Of a stretch of 64,000 nucleotides of DNA, positions 9,646 to 18,371 are shown one piece after another (the stretch's first letter is position 1; every line of letters begins with the position of its first letter). The notes under the pieces were generated by a model that had not been told where the DNA came from, did no database searches, and saw nothing but the letters and a program-made list of their open reading frames with translations. Made by a program: the position numbers and the translations under genes. Origin of the DNA: an uncultured Fibrobacteraceae bacterium (GTDB lineage: Bacteria; Krumholzibacteriota; Krumholzibacteriia; LZORAL124-64-63); NCBI GenBank assembly GCA_964559455.1, contig CAZLHO010000006.1:17627-81626 (forward strand). The letters run 5' to 3'.

Positions 9646-11621
9646 GGTCGACCTCCCTCGGCGCCGGGATGACAGATGTCGCAGGCGCCGCTCGAGAACG
9701 GATCGTGCGCGTTGCGCTGGATCAATCCGGCCGTGCTCGCGGCGTGGGGGTCGTGGCAGTGACGGCAGTCCAGCTCTTCGCCGGCGACGCCGAGGTGCAG
9801 GGCGCGGAAGTCGGCGTCGTCCCCGTCGTGGCAGTCGAGGCATTGGCCGGGCACCGCGGCGGCGAGCAGGGTGGCTTCGTCGCTCAGGTGCGGCAGGTGA
9901 CAATCGAGACACGAACCCTCGGCCGCCGGGGCGTGGGCCTCCTGCGTGGCGATGCGCTCGGCCAGCTCGCCGTGGCAGGTGGCGCAGAGGTCGGCGGGAG
10001 CGAGAGGCAGCAGCCCTCGGAGTCCTCCCGCGTGCGGCAGATGGCAGGCGGTGCAGTTCCCCGCCACGTAATCGGGGTGGGCGCTGGTCGCCGCCGCCGC
10101 CGCCCCGGAATCGTCGTGACAGTCGGCGCAAAGCGACGCCTGGGACCGCAGGAGCAGCCCGTCGTGGCCGGCCGCGTGCGGAGCGTGGCAGCCGCCGCAG
10201 TCGGCGTCTGCGAACGGCGGATGGACGACCGCCATGTCGGATGCGGCCATCTCGGACTCGTGGCATCGCGCGCAGAGGTCGTCGCCCGAGGCCCGCAGCA
10301 GGGCGGTCTCGGCCGAGGCGTGGGCGGCGTGGCACGCGTCGCAGCCGTCGGTCTGCAGAGGCTTGTGGACGCTGCGGCTGCGCAGCCAGCCGTCGGCGTC
10401 GTCGTGACAGCCGGAGCAGAGGTCGAAGCTGTCGGCGACCGAGAGCGCGGGAAAGTCCGAGCCGTGGGGAAGGTGGCAGTCCAGGCAGGATCCGCCGGCG
10501 AAGGCGGCGTGGGCTCCGGGCGACTCCATCTCGACCCTCTGGCCGGCGTGGCAGCCCAGGCAGAGCTCGTTGACGTCTCCATCCACCAGGTGGTCGCCGA
10601 CGCGGCCGTGGGCCTGGTGGCAGAGAGTGCAGTCGCGGCCGACGGGATCGTGGCCCGAGGGCTTGTGCAGGGATTCCTCGACGTGGTCGTGGCAGTCCAG
10701 GCACAGCTCCGTCGCCGGCCTTGCCAGCAGGGCCGCCCTGGGCGAGCCGTGCGGATCGTGGCAGGAGGTGCAGGCGCCGTCCGCCACCGGAGGGTGGGGG
10801 TCTTCACCGGCCATCTCGTCGGCGTCGTGACAGACGAGGCAGAGCGTGTCGGCGTCGTTTTCGTTCAGGGCGAAGGGCCGATCCCCTTCCGGGTCGGCGT
10901 GGCAGGAGGCGCAGTCGCCGTCGGCCACCGGGCCGTGGATCGAGGCGCGCAGGAGCGACCTGGAATCGGAGGAGTGGGGGGAGTGGCAGGTGCCGCATCC
11001 GTCTGCGGGGACGGCATAGCCGCTGTGCGCCTGGACGACGGAACGATCCCCGATGTCGTGGCATTGGGTGCAGAGGTCGCCTGCGGGCAGGCGCAGCAGG
11101 CCGGGCTGGTCGCCGCCATGGACGACATGGCAGGAGGCGCAACCCTCCTCGAGGGGAGGATGCCTGTGTTCGAGGCGGAAGGCCCCGGCGTCGTGGCAGG
11201 TGAAGCAGAGATCGCCCTGGGGCGCGGGCAGCAGGCCGGCGTTGTCGGCGGCGTGGGGGTCGTGGCAGGTTTCGCAAAGCCCCCGGGCGGCGGGCTCGTG
11301 GAGGAATGCCCCGTCGAGGCCCAGCGCGGCGTCCTCGTGGCAAAGGCGGCAGAGGGCGCGCCCCGTCTCTTTGAGCCGCAGGGCGCCGACCAGGCCGTGG
11401 GGCTTGTGGCAGTCGCCGCAGCGCTTCTGGGCGAAGGGCTCGTGACGGACCCGGCCGTCGATATCGGCCAGTTCGTGGCAGCCGAGGCAGCCGCCGTCGT
11501 CGCCGAAGCGGCGGCCGCGCTTGATCTGGGCCTCGGCTTCCGGAGGCAGACAGGCGGTCGCCGCCAGTAGCACGGCCGCGAGGATCGGCCAGCGGCGGGG
11601 GATCGGGAATCGCAGGGCCAT
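9642..11621 (-). CDS. multiheme c-type cytochrome, 26 CxxCH, paired-CxxCH repeat architecture, secreted
   Basis: Signal peptide (MALRFPIPRRWPILAAVLLAATA). 26 CxxCH in 659 aa, arranged as ~13 tandem units of the form L-CxxCH-D...(18-22 aa)...CxxCH-xPH. The stop overlaps the start of the 16-heme gene (ATGA). Confidence 0.85.
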   Translation of the reverse strand: MALRFPIPRRWPILAAVLLAATACLPPEAEAQIKRGRRFGDDGGCLGCHELADIDGRVRHEPFAQKRCGDCHKPHGLVGALRLKETGRALCRLCHEDAALGLDGAFLHEPAARGLCETCHDPHAADNAGLLPAPQGDLCFTCHDAGAFRLEHRHPPLEEGCASCHVVHGGDQPGLLRLPAGDLCTQCHDIGDRSVVQAHSGYAVPADGCGTCHSPHSSDSRSLLRASIHGPVADGDCASCHADPEGDRPFALNENDADTLCLVCHDADEMAGEDPHPPVADGACTSCHDPHGSPRAALLARPATELCLDCHDHVEESLHKPSGHDPVGRDCTLCHQAHGRVGDHLVDGDVNELCLGCHAGQRVEMESPGAHAAFAGGSCLDCHLPHGSDFPALSVADSFDLCSGCHDDADGWLRSRSVHKPLQTDGCDACHAAHASAETALLRASGDDLCARCHESEMAASDMAVVHPPFADADCGGCHAPHAAGHDGLLLRSQASLCADCHDDSGAAAAATSAHPDYVAGNCTACHLPHAGGLRGLLPLAPADLCATCHGELAERIATQEAHAPAAEGSCLDCHLPHLSDEATLLAAAVPGQCLDCHDGDDADFRALHLGVAGEELDCRHCHDPHAASTAGLIQRNAHDPFSSGACDICHPGAEGGRP

Positions 11622-11665
11622 GGCTCCACCTCTGCGTCCCCGGGCGCGGCCCGGGGCGTCGTGAT

Positions 11666-13297
11666 CTAGGAATCTCCGGCGAAGTAGCGTTCGATCCGGT
11701 CGTCATGGCGGACGATCGTCGATCGCTCCTTCAGCAGGGACAAATGCTCGTCCATGAGCGCATCGAACTTGCGCTGGAACACGGCCTCGCGGATCGGCAT
11801 CTCGACTTCCTCGATGCTCCTGGGCTGGCCCTGCCGGCGCCCGCGCAGCTTGAAGACCATCCAGCCGGAGGGGATCTTCACGGGCGAACTCACGTCGCCT
11901 TCCTTCATCTCGGCCAACTGCTCCTTCATGGAGCCGGAGAATACATTCTCCGGTGACCAGCTGGGCTCGCCGCCGCCGCCGGCCTTCAGCAGGTCGCGGA
12001 CGAAATCGATGTCGCCGCCTGCCGCCAGGCGCGCGGCCGCGTCGGCGGCCGTCGCCTCGTCATCCAGGACGATCACGTCGAGAAGAACCTCCTCCGGCCC
12101 GCGGAAGCGGTCCAGGTTCTCCCGGTAGAAGGCGTCGAACTCTTCGCGACTGAAAACGATCTCCGGCACGATGATCTCGTTCAGGTACATGTTGATCAGC
12201 ATCTCGCTCCGCTTGTCCCGGACCAGCTTCGCGACGGCCGGGTCGTCCAGCAGGCCGCGCCGGGCGGCGGCGGCCCGCAGGATCAGGTCGTGGCGGACTT
12301 CGTCGCAGCCGCGCCCGTAGAGCTCGTTGAAGCCGGCGTTGCGCAGGTCCATCTGACCCTTGGCGATCGCCCGGCGCAGATCCTTCTCGGTGACGGCCCT
12401 GACGCCGGGGGCGCTGAAGGCCGGTGCGGACCCTCCCTCCATGAACGCGGCGGTTCCCATAGCCGCGGAGTCCCCCCTGACCCTTTCCAGGATCGCGGCG
12501 TTGCGCAGCAGGGGCGCCTCGGCGTCCAGATCCTCCAGGAAGGTCTTCCAGGCGGCCTCGCGCTTCTCGACCGCGTAGTAGCGGCGGATACGTGGCAGGG
12601 CCGCAGCGAAGGCCGTCTCGTCGGGGTCCAGCTTCTGCTCGACGCGAAGGACCGAGAAGATGTTGTGGAAGGGGAAGACCTGGCTGAGCTCGCCCTGGCG
12701 CGTGGCCTCGGCGGGCCCGCGAAGCTGGGGATGGAGGTCGCCCCAGATCACGAGATCGCGGAGGCCGCCCTCGTGGCGCCGGTTGTCCACGGAAACGGAC
12801 ATGGCCAGGCTGTCCATCGGGGCGCCGGCGAGCAGCGCTTCGCGGAGCTTCCCGGCGTCCTCGGCGGTGCGCGCGGAGATCTGGCGCACCTGGATCCGGC
12901 GATAGTAGGTCCGCCAGTATTCCTGGATCTCCTCGTCCGAGATCTCGATCTCGGGGTCGAAGGCCCGGGAGGCGAACGCGGAGGCGGCGGCCGATTCCCT
13001 CATCTCGGCGAGCTCGTCGACGAGGGCCGGTTCCTCGCCCATGCCCATCGCCTCGGCCTGCTGCAGCAGCAGCAGGTCGTTGACCGCCTTGTCCAGGAGC
13101 TTGCCCAGGAAGGCCGCGTTCATGCGCTCCGCTCCGCCGGAGGCGTGCGCCGCCATCACCATGTCGTCCATGGTCGCCGCCGTGATCGCATCGCCGTTGA
13201 TGGTGATCAGCGTGTCGCCGGGCGCGTCGGCGGCGAAGGAGAACACCGGCAGCAGGAGCAGCAATACGGCCGCCGGCAGAAGACGATGCGGGGTCAT
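11666..13297 (-). CDS. periplasmic peptidyl-prolyl cis-trans isomerase, SurA/PpiD-like (parvulin domains)
   Basis: Signal peptide. SurA-like N-terminal chaperone region plus parvulin-type rotamase segments (IQVRQISARTAEDAGKLREALLAG...; second domain VLLDVIVLDDEATAADAAARL...). Confidence 0.7.
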   Translation of the reverse strand: MTPHRLLPAAVLLLLLPVFSFAADAPGDTLITINGDAITAATMDDMVMAAHASGGAERMNAAFLGKLLDKAVNDLLLLQQAEAMGMGEEPALVDELAEMRESAAASAFASRAFDPEIEISDEEIQEYWRTYYRRIQVRQISARTAEDAGKLREALLAGAPMDSLAMSVSVDNRRHEGGLRDLVIWGDLHPQLRGPAEATRQGELSQVFPFHNIFSVLRVEQKLDPDETAFAAALPRIRRYYAVEKREAAWKTFLEDLDAEAPLLRNAAILERVRGDSAAMGTAAFMEGGSAPAFSAPGVRAVTEKDLRRAIAKGQMDLRNAGFNELYGRGCDEVRHDLILRAAAARRGLLDDPAVAKLVRDKRSEMLINMYLNEIIVPEIVFSREEFDAFYRENLDRFRGPEEVLLDVIVLDDEATAADAAARLAAGGDIDFVRDLLKAGGGGEPSWSPENVFSGSMKEQLAEMKEGDVSSPVKIPSGWMVFKLRGRRQGQPRSIEEVEMPIREAVFQRKFDALMDEHLSLLKERSTIVRHDDRIERYFAGDS

Positions 13298-14379
13298 TCG
13301 GAAACCTCCGGAACGGGCGGGGCGGAACGAACCATCTCATCCAGGAAGGCATCGGCGAAGTCGAGGGCCAGTTCTCCGAGCGACGATCGCCGGACCGCGC
13401 CGAAGAGGAATTCGCCTCCCGGTCCCGCGAATTCGTACTCGCGCGCGACCAGGATGCGGCCGTCGCCGGCGTCCAGCATCCTGGCGCCGAAGGCGATCGC
13501 GGGTTCCGGGGCCAGGGAATCGCCGCCGAAAACATCGAAGCGGTCGATCTCGCCGGTGACGACCACATCGACGCCCAGATCGTCGTGCAGGGCGCTCAGG
13601 GTCTGCAGATCGATTCCTCCCCGTGGGGCGACCTGTTTATCCTGGAACAAGAAATTAGCAATCCCAGGCTCTATAACAAGATAGCCCCTGGACACCAGGC
13701 GAGAAAGAAGAAAATCCACCAAAACGGTGGCTGATTCGGCAGGGACCTCTCCCGTGAATGAGAAGGGCACCAGGGCGACAGTCGTTCGCGGGCGCTCGGG
13801 CGGGGGCGAAGGGGTCGAGAAGGACGGGGCGAGGGCGTCGACGAGTTCCGTGACCGCCACCGCCGCCAGTTCCGTGAGGGTCTCGGGCATGCCGACGCCG
13901 AAGAGTCCGACCAGATCCGGAGCCGCGATCGCCCGGGATTCGGCGGCGATCACCCGTGCGGTCGCGGGGTCGAGCAGGCGCAGGGAGACGGCGATCTCGA
14001 GCGCGGGTCGCTCGCGATAGATCCCGACGGTCCCGGTCAGCAGCAGCCCGGCGCCGGTCTCGGCTGCCACGAGGCGAGCTCCCTCGCGGTCGACCATGCC
14101 CACGGCCCGGATCCGGTGGCGTCGCAGGACGGGGCGGATCTCCCGCTCGGCGAGGAATGGCACCCCCCGCTCGGCCAGCGCCGCGTGGAGCAGCATCACG
14201 ACGGTGTCGCGGGCGGCCGCCGCGCCGGTGGGGTTGGCCAGCGGCAGCAGGGCCAGGGTGGCTCCCGTGGCGGGCCCGTCCCCGGAATCCGGAGGCGCGG
14301 ATTGCGCACACGCCGGTGCTCCCGCCAGCAGCAGGGCCGCCAGGAACAGGACGAGGGGATGAAGCCGTGCGCGCGTCAT
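13294..14379 (-). CDS. secreted protein with two tandem CsgG/LpoB-like (TolB-N-like) domains
   Basis: Signal peptide. Two repeats each carrying an LPFxNxTG ... LLTG/VVTGEI pattern (TLALLPLANPTG...LLLTGTVGIY and TVALVPFSFTGE...VVVTGEIDRF). ATGA overlap with the PPIase gene. Confidence 0.45.
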   Translation of the reverse strand: MTRARLHPLVLFLAALLLAGAPACAQSAPPDSGDGPATGATLALLPLANPTGAAAARDTVVMLLHAALAERGVPFLAEREIRPVLRRHRIRAVGMVDREGARLVAAETGAGLLLTGTVGIYRERPALEIAVSLRLLDPATARVIAAESRAIAAPDLVGLFGVGMPETLTELAAVAVTELVDALAPSFSTPSPPPERPRTTVALVPFSFTGEVPAESATVLVDFLLSRLVSRGYLVIEPGIANFLFQDKQVAPRGGIDLQTLSALHDDLGVDVVVTGEIDRFDVFGGDSLAPEPAIAFGARMLDAGDGRILVAREYEFAGPGGEFLFGAVRRSSLGELALDFADAFLDEMVRSAPPVPEVSE

Positions 14380-14386
14380 GATCGTC

Positions 14387-14965
14387 TCAGTCGATCAGGG
14401 TGTCGAGGCAACGCGCCACGCAGCGGCGGGTGACTTCGCTGCGGGATTTCTGGGCGGTGCCGAAGAGTGTCGACCAGAAGCCGCGGCTGTCCTCGGTATG
14501 GGTGGCCGACCAGACCGTGATGCCGGTCTCGCACTCCACGAGCCGGGTGTCGAGAGTGACCACGGATTCCGCTCCGGAGCCGCCGCGCGACGACCCCGAT
14601 TCGCTGACCGTGGCCAGGAACAGGCCCTGGACCTGGAGTTCGCGGCCGACGGCGACGATGTCCTCCCGGGTCATCTGGGCGGTGCTGGTCCAGCCGCGCT
14701 CCAGCAGGGCGCGCTGGACCTCTCCGGGCTCGACGACGTCGAAGACCTCCGCCGCCAGCAGTTCGGTCAGGAAGATGCGCGTCGCACGCGCTCCCGCCCC
14801 CTGGTCGGTCGTCAGGTTCTCGAAGGGGACGACGGCGACCTTTTCCAGGAAACCGAAGTTGTACTCCGGGTGCAGGAAGGTTGTCGGAGCCAGGCCCGCG
14901 CAGCCCGCGCAGGCCAGCAGCGCCGCCAGAAGGCCCGTCGCCATGATCTTCTTCATGCTCACCAC
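14387..14965 (-). CDS. lipoprotein with a single CsgG/LpoB-like domain
   Basis: Lipobox LLAC. VAVVPFENLTTDQG...ELLAAEVFDVVE is characteristic of the LpoB/CsgG N-domain fold. Confidence 0.5.
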   Translation of the reverse strand: MVSMKKIMATGLLAALLACAGCAGLAPTTFLHPEYNFGFLEKVAVVPFENLTTDQGAGARATRIFLTELLAAEVFDVVEPGEVQRALLERGWTSTAQMTREDIVAVGRELQVQGLFLATVSESGSSRGGSGAESVVTLDTRLVECETGITVWSATHTEDSRGFWSTLFGTAQKSRSEVTRRCVARCLDTLID

Positions 14966-14977
14966 CGTTTCCCGGCC

Positions 14978-17074
14978 TCAGAAGCCGATGCGGAGGCCCT
15001 GCTGGAGCGTGTTCCGCTCCTGGCCTCCCGCCTCGCTGTAGTCCAGCTCCGAGTACCTGATGTAGAGGTTGCTCCTGGGACTCAGATTGTAGTTCAGGTT
15101 CGCGCTGAATTGCACGGTCCTGACGTTCTCCGCCTCGAGTATGTAGGCCTGCCCGGTCAGGGACGCCTTTGGGATCGGGGTCCAGCTCAACAGATAATTC
15201 TGCGAGACGTTGTCCTGCCGGTCGTCGACCAGGTTCAGGCTGCCGCGCATGTGGACGGTGCGGCTGAGGCGGAGGTCGCCCGAGAATTCCATGTCGCGTC
15301 GGACCCGGGCTTCTGGCTCGGAGGCGACGTCGGTGCGCCGCACTCCGAAGCCGAGGGTCACGATGAAGGAGGAGGCCAGGGGGCCGCTCAGGCGGCTGCG
15401 GGCGGACCAGGTGTCGGTGACGCCGCCGGCCGCATCCAGGTCGGAACGGACGTAGCCGGCGTCGATGGAGGCCGTGAGCAGCCGCAGGGGGCTGCCGTCG
15501 GCGCCCGCCGAGAGGGAGTGGTAGAGCTGCGTGCGCTCGCCGTCGACCCGCTCTTCGCGGCGCGAGGCCGAGAATCGGGAGGAGAGGGTCGGCAGCGGGC
15601 GGGCGACCACGCCGTAGCTCAGGGAGCGCGAGTCCAGATCCTGGACGGCGCCGCCGGCGCTCTGCCGCGACCAGGTTCCGCCGAGGGAATGCTCAACGAA
15701 CCCGCCCTGGCGCACGTTCAACCGCAACGAGGCGTCGGCGTTCCGGCGACCGTCCGGCAGGCTGCCTCCCTGCTGGTAGAGGTAGGAGCCGCCGCCCGAG
15801 ATTTTAACGCGGTCGGAAAGGAGGTAACGGGCGGAGAGATCGGCCAGGTGCATGTCCTCGCTACGCGTCTCGCGACGGACGCCGGGACGGGGCAGGAAGA
15901 CCTGGATCTCGGTGACCAGCGCCCGGGCCACCTCGTTGACGCCCCGGCTGACGGCCTTCACGTAGCGTGCGCTCACGGCCTGGAAGGTGATCTCGTAGCG
16001 GCGCTGCGCGGGATTGAAGACGAAGGCGGGGAAGGCCTGCGCCTCGGTCCAGACCTCGTTGTCGGCGGAGACGTAGACGCTCCATTCCAGACCGCTGCCG
16101 GACACCCTGTCGGTGAAGACGTAGACGGCCGCGACCTCCCGGGCGAAGCCGAGGTCCACGCCCAGGTTCCAGTCGGCGCCGGCGCCGCCGAGGTCGATCT
16201 CCGGCAGGACCGGCGACCCGAGGTCGCCGTCGATCAGGGCGGGAGCCGGGGCCAGCGGATCGCGGTCCGGCGTCGGATCGAGCGCCCGCAGGCCGGCGGC
16301 CGGGATCAGCGTCTCGAGCAGGACGTCGCCGGTCAGCGACTCGTCCGTCATGCTGAAGCGCCGGTAGGTGTAGGTGCCGCCCAGCGACAGGCGGTCGTCG
16401 GCCAGTTCCCTCAGGTCGCCGACGATGCGGGCCCGGTGCTCGGTGCGGTCGCTCTGCAGGCCCGAAACGACGTTCTCCAGCCAGGCCCGGTTCAACGAGT
16501 AGGACAGCGATGTCCATCCCACGACCTGGTCGACCGAGGCGCGCAGCTGCTCGTTGCGCGTGTTCCGCCCGCCGACGGCGGTGCGGTCGAGGACCTCGTC
16601 CACGGAATAGTCCGCCCGCAGCAGGGGCAGGTCGGATCTCAGGGTCTGCAGCGAGAAGTGGGTGTTGTCCGCGACGAGGGTGCCCGGGGTGTCCGAGAGT
16701 TCGGTCTCCCGCCGACGCCAATCCGCGCCGAAGACGAAGTCCGGGTGGCGCCAGTCCAGTTCGGCGGCGGGCTGGAGCTCCTCGCGGCGGCTGTCCAGGG
16801 TCGGCCCCTGGTCGATGTCGTAGCGGTAATAGCGGAACGTGGCGCGGGCGGTCAGGCGGGGCAGGAAGGCGTGGCGCCAGGCGGCGAAATATTCCTGGCG
16901 AAGGGTGTCCTCTTCCCGGTCGGCCGTCTCGGTCTGGACGGCGGCGATGTCGACGCGGCCGCCGATGTCGGGCGCGGCCGCCGCCGACCCGCCGAGGAGC
17001 AGGAGGATCGGCGCCGCCGTGATCGACAGCCGGGCGAGGCGGTGCAGCGTTGAGGTCATCGGGATTCGATCCAC
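14978..17074 (-). CDS. outer-membrane beta-barrel protein with an inserted F5/8-type-C (discoidin)-like domain
   Basis: Signal peptide. Alternating amphipathic beta-strand pattern rich in Y/R/D. C-terminal ...LRIGF with a terminal Phe, as in OMPs. Internal ~120-aa segment (WSVYVSADNEVWTEAQAFP...YVKAVSRGV) resembles a discoidin domain. The true start may be the Met at 17059. Confidence 0.55.
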   Translation of the reverse strand: MDRIPMTSTLHRLARLSITAAPILLLLGGSAAAAPDIGGRVDIAAVQTETADREEDTLRQEYFAAWRHAFLPRLTARATFRYYRYDIDQGPTLDSRREELQPAAELDWRHPDFVFGADWRRRETELSDTPGTLVADNTHFSLQTLRSDLPLLRADYSVDEVLDRTAVGGRNTRNEQLRASVDQVVGWTSLSYSLNRAWLENVVSGLQSDRTEHRARIVGDLRELADDRLSLGGTYTYRRFSMTDESLTGDVLLETLIPAAGLRALDPTPDRDPLAPAPALIDGDLGSPVLPEIDLGGAGADWNLGVDLGFAREVAAVYVFTDRVSGSGLEWSVYVSADNEVWTEAQAFPAFVFNPAQRRYEITFQAVSARYVKAVSRGVNEVARALVTEIQVFLPRPGVRRETRSEDMHLADLSARYLLSDRVKISGGGSYLYQQGGSLPDGRRNADASLRLNVRQGGFVEHSLGGTWSRQSAGGAVQDLDSRSLSYGVVARPLPTLSSRFSASRREERVDGERTQLYHSLSAGADGSPLRLLTASIDAGYVRSDLDAAGGVTDTWSARSRLSGPLASSFIVTLGFGVRRTDVASEPEARVRRDMEFSGDLRLSRTVHMRGSLNLVDDRQDNVSQNYLLSWTPIPKASLTGQAYILEAENVRTVQFSANLNYNLSPRSNLYIRYSELDYSEAGGQERNTLQQGLRIGF

Positions 17075-17151
17075 CCTTGAATGACGCCCGGGCCAACGTC
17101 GGCCCGGGCGCCATCCATTCTAGACCATATAGCGGTCTCGATGCCACCGAA

Positions 17152-18240
17152 CTACGGAACGACGACGACCTCGATGTGGTCGAACTCGTCCTTGTTGTGG
17201 CACTTGTTGCACAGCGAACGCTGGTTGGTGCTGTTGTACGGATCCGGAATCTCGTAGGAGCCGGACTCGTCGCCGTCCTCGTGCAGCAGCGTCACGCTGA
17301 AGTCCCACCGGCCGGCGTCCGGCGCCGAGGAGGCGTGGGCGCGGTGGCAGGAGATGCAGGAGACCTGGGCCGAGCCAGCGGGCGGGCCGCTGACCTGGTC
17401 GGTCGTGTTGTCGGGATGCTCGAAGGGAACCGCGGCCAGGTACGAGTCGTCCACGGTGGCGCCGCTCTGGTCCTCGGTGCCGTTGTAGCGGTTGTAGATC
17501 CCCTGGATGGTACCGCCCATGGCGCGGCCCGAGGGATGGATCAACGCTCCGCTGTTGTGGAAGTTGCCGTGGCAGTTCGCGCACCAGGCGCTCATCCCGC
17601 TCTTGTAGGCGGTGTGGTTGCTGTTGGACTCGAAGCCGCCGGACCACGGGAAGATCGAAAGGCCCTCCGCGTCGGGGGCCGCGTTCGCGAACACGGCGAC
17701 GCCGTCCTGGACGACCCGGTTGGCGCCGTACAGGAAGCGGAAGTCCGTGGTGCCGTGCGGGTCGTGGCAGCTGGTGCAGCCGAGATCCGCGGCCGCGAAG
17801 CCGCCGCCGGGAGCCGTGCTCAGCGTGGCGTCCGGATACAGGCCGTAACCGGGGGCGTTCAGGTTGTGGCCCGCGGCGTCGCCGTCGATCCAGTTCTCGA
17901 CCAGGTGGCCGTCGTGGCCGTCGTTCAGGTTGTCCTCCAGCAGGAAGACGAAGTTGCCCGCGCCCTTCAGGCCCGGAGGCGCCATGGGATCGGGATCGGT
18001 GATCGGGAAGGGCTGGTCGAGGTGATCGTGGCAGCCGATGCAGACCTCGCTGGGCGTGGCCTCGTTAAGCAGCCAGCTGTTCGGGCCGAAGTCGGGACCG
18101 ATCTGGTCGACCGTGACGCCGTCCTGGCTGTTGTGCATGGTGTGGCAGCCGCTGCAGTTGGCGACGCCGCCATCGTGGAACGCATAGGCCGGGAAGGCCA
18201 GCAGGCCGAGGCCGAGCGCGAGAAGGATGATCTTCCTCAT
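17152..18240 (-). CDS. multiheme c-type cytochrome (6 CxxCH), secreted
   Basis: Signal peptide MRKIILLALGLGLLAFPAYA. CxxCH motifs: CSGCH, CIGCH, CTSCH, CANCH, CISCH, CNKCH. Less Arg-biased composition than its neighbours. Confidence 0.8.
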   Translation of the reverse strand: MRKIILLALGLGLLAFPAYAFHDGGVANCSGCHTMHNSQDGVTVDQIGPDFGPNSWLLNEATPSEVCIGCHDHLDQPFPITDPDPMAPPGLKGAGNFVFLLEDNLNDGHDGHLVENWIDGDAAGHNLNAPGYGLYPDATLSTAPGGGFAAADLGCTSCHDPHGTTDFRFLYGANRVVQDGVAVFANAAPDAEGLSIFPWSGGFESNSNHTAYKSGMSAWCANCHGNFHNSGALIHPSGRAMGGTIQGIYNRYNGTEDQSGATVDDSYLAAVPFEHPDNTTDQVSGPPAGSAQVSCISCHRAHASSAPDAGRWDFSVTLLHEDGDESGSYEIPDPYNSTNQRSLCNKCHNKDEFDHIEVVVVP

Positions 18241-18371
18241 TCCGTTACCTCCACGTACGGAAAGAGCGCAAAACGAACGGACGGATTGAGAGTCGGAAAA
18301 CCTGAAATGCAGACGGGGGTCCCTCCTTCACGTTGTTGGTAGATGTCTCGTGACGCACGTCGCATCACCTT

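Noticed and set aside
9646-10704. N-terminal extensions of listed ORFs beyond the assigned starts (8425..10704, 19678..21957, 23740..26973, 32875..34668, 39324..41969, 28328..28975)
   Set aside because: The extensions overlap the upstream gene in another frame and are Arg-rich junk. Internal ATG/GTG starts with signal peptides or RBSs and recognisable N-terminal family signatures were chosen instead.
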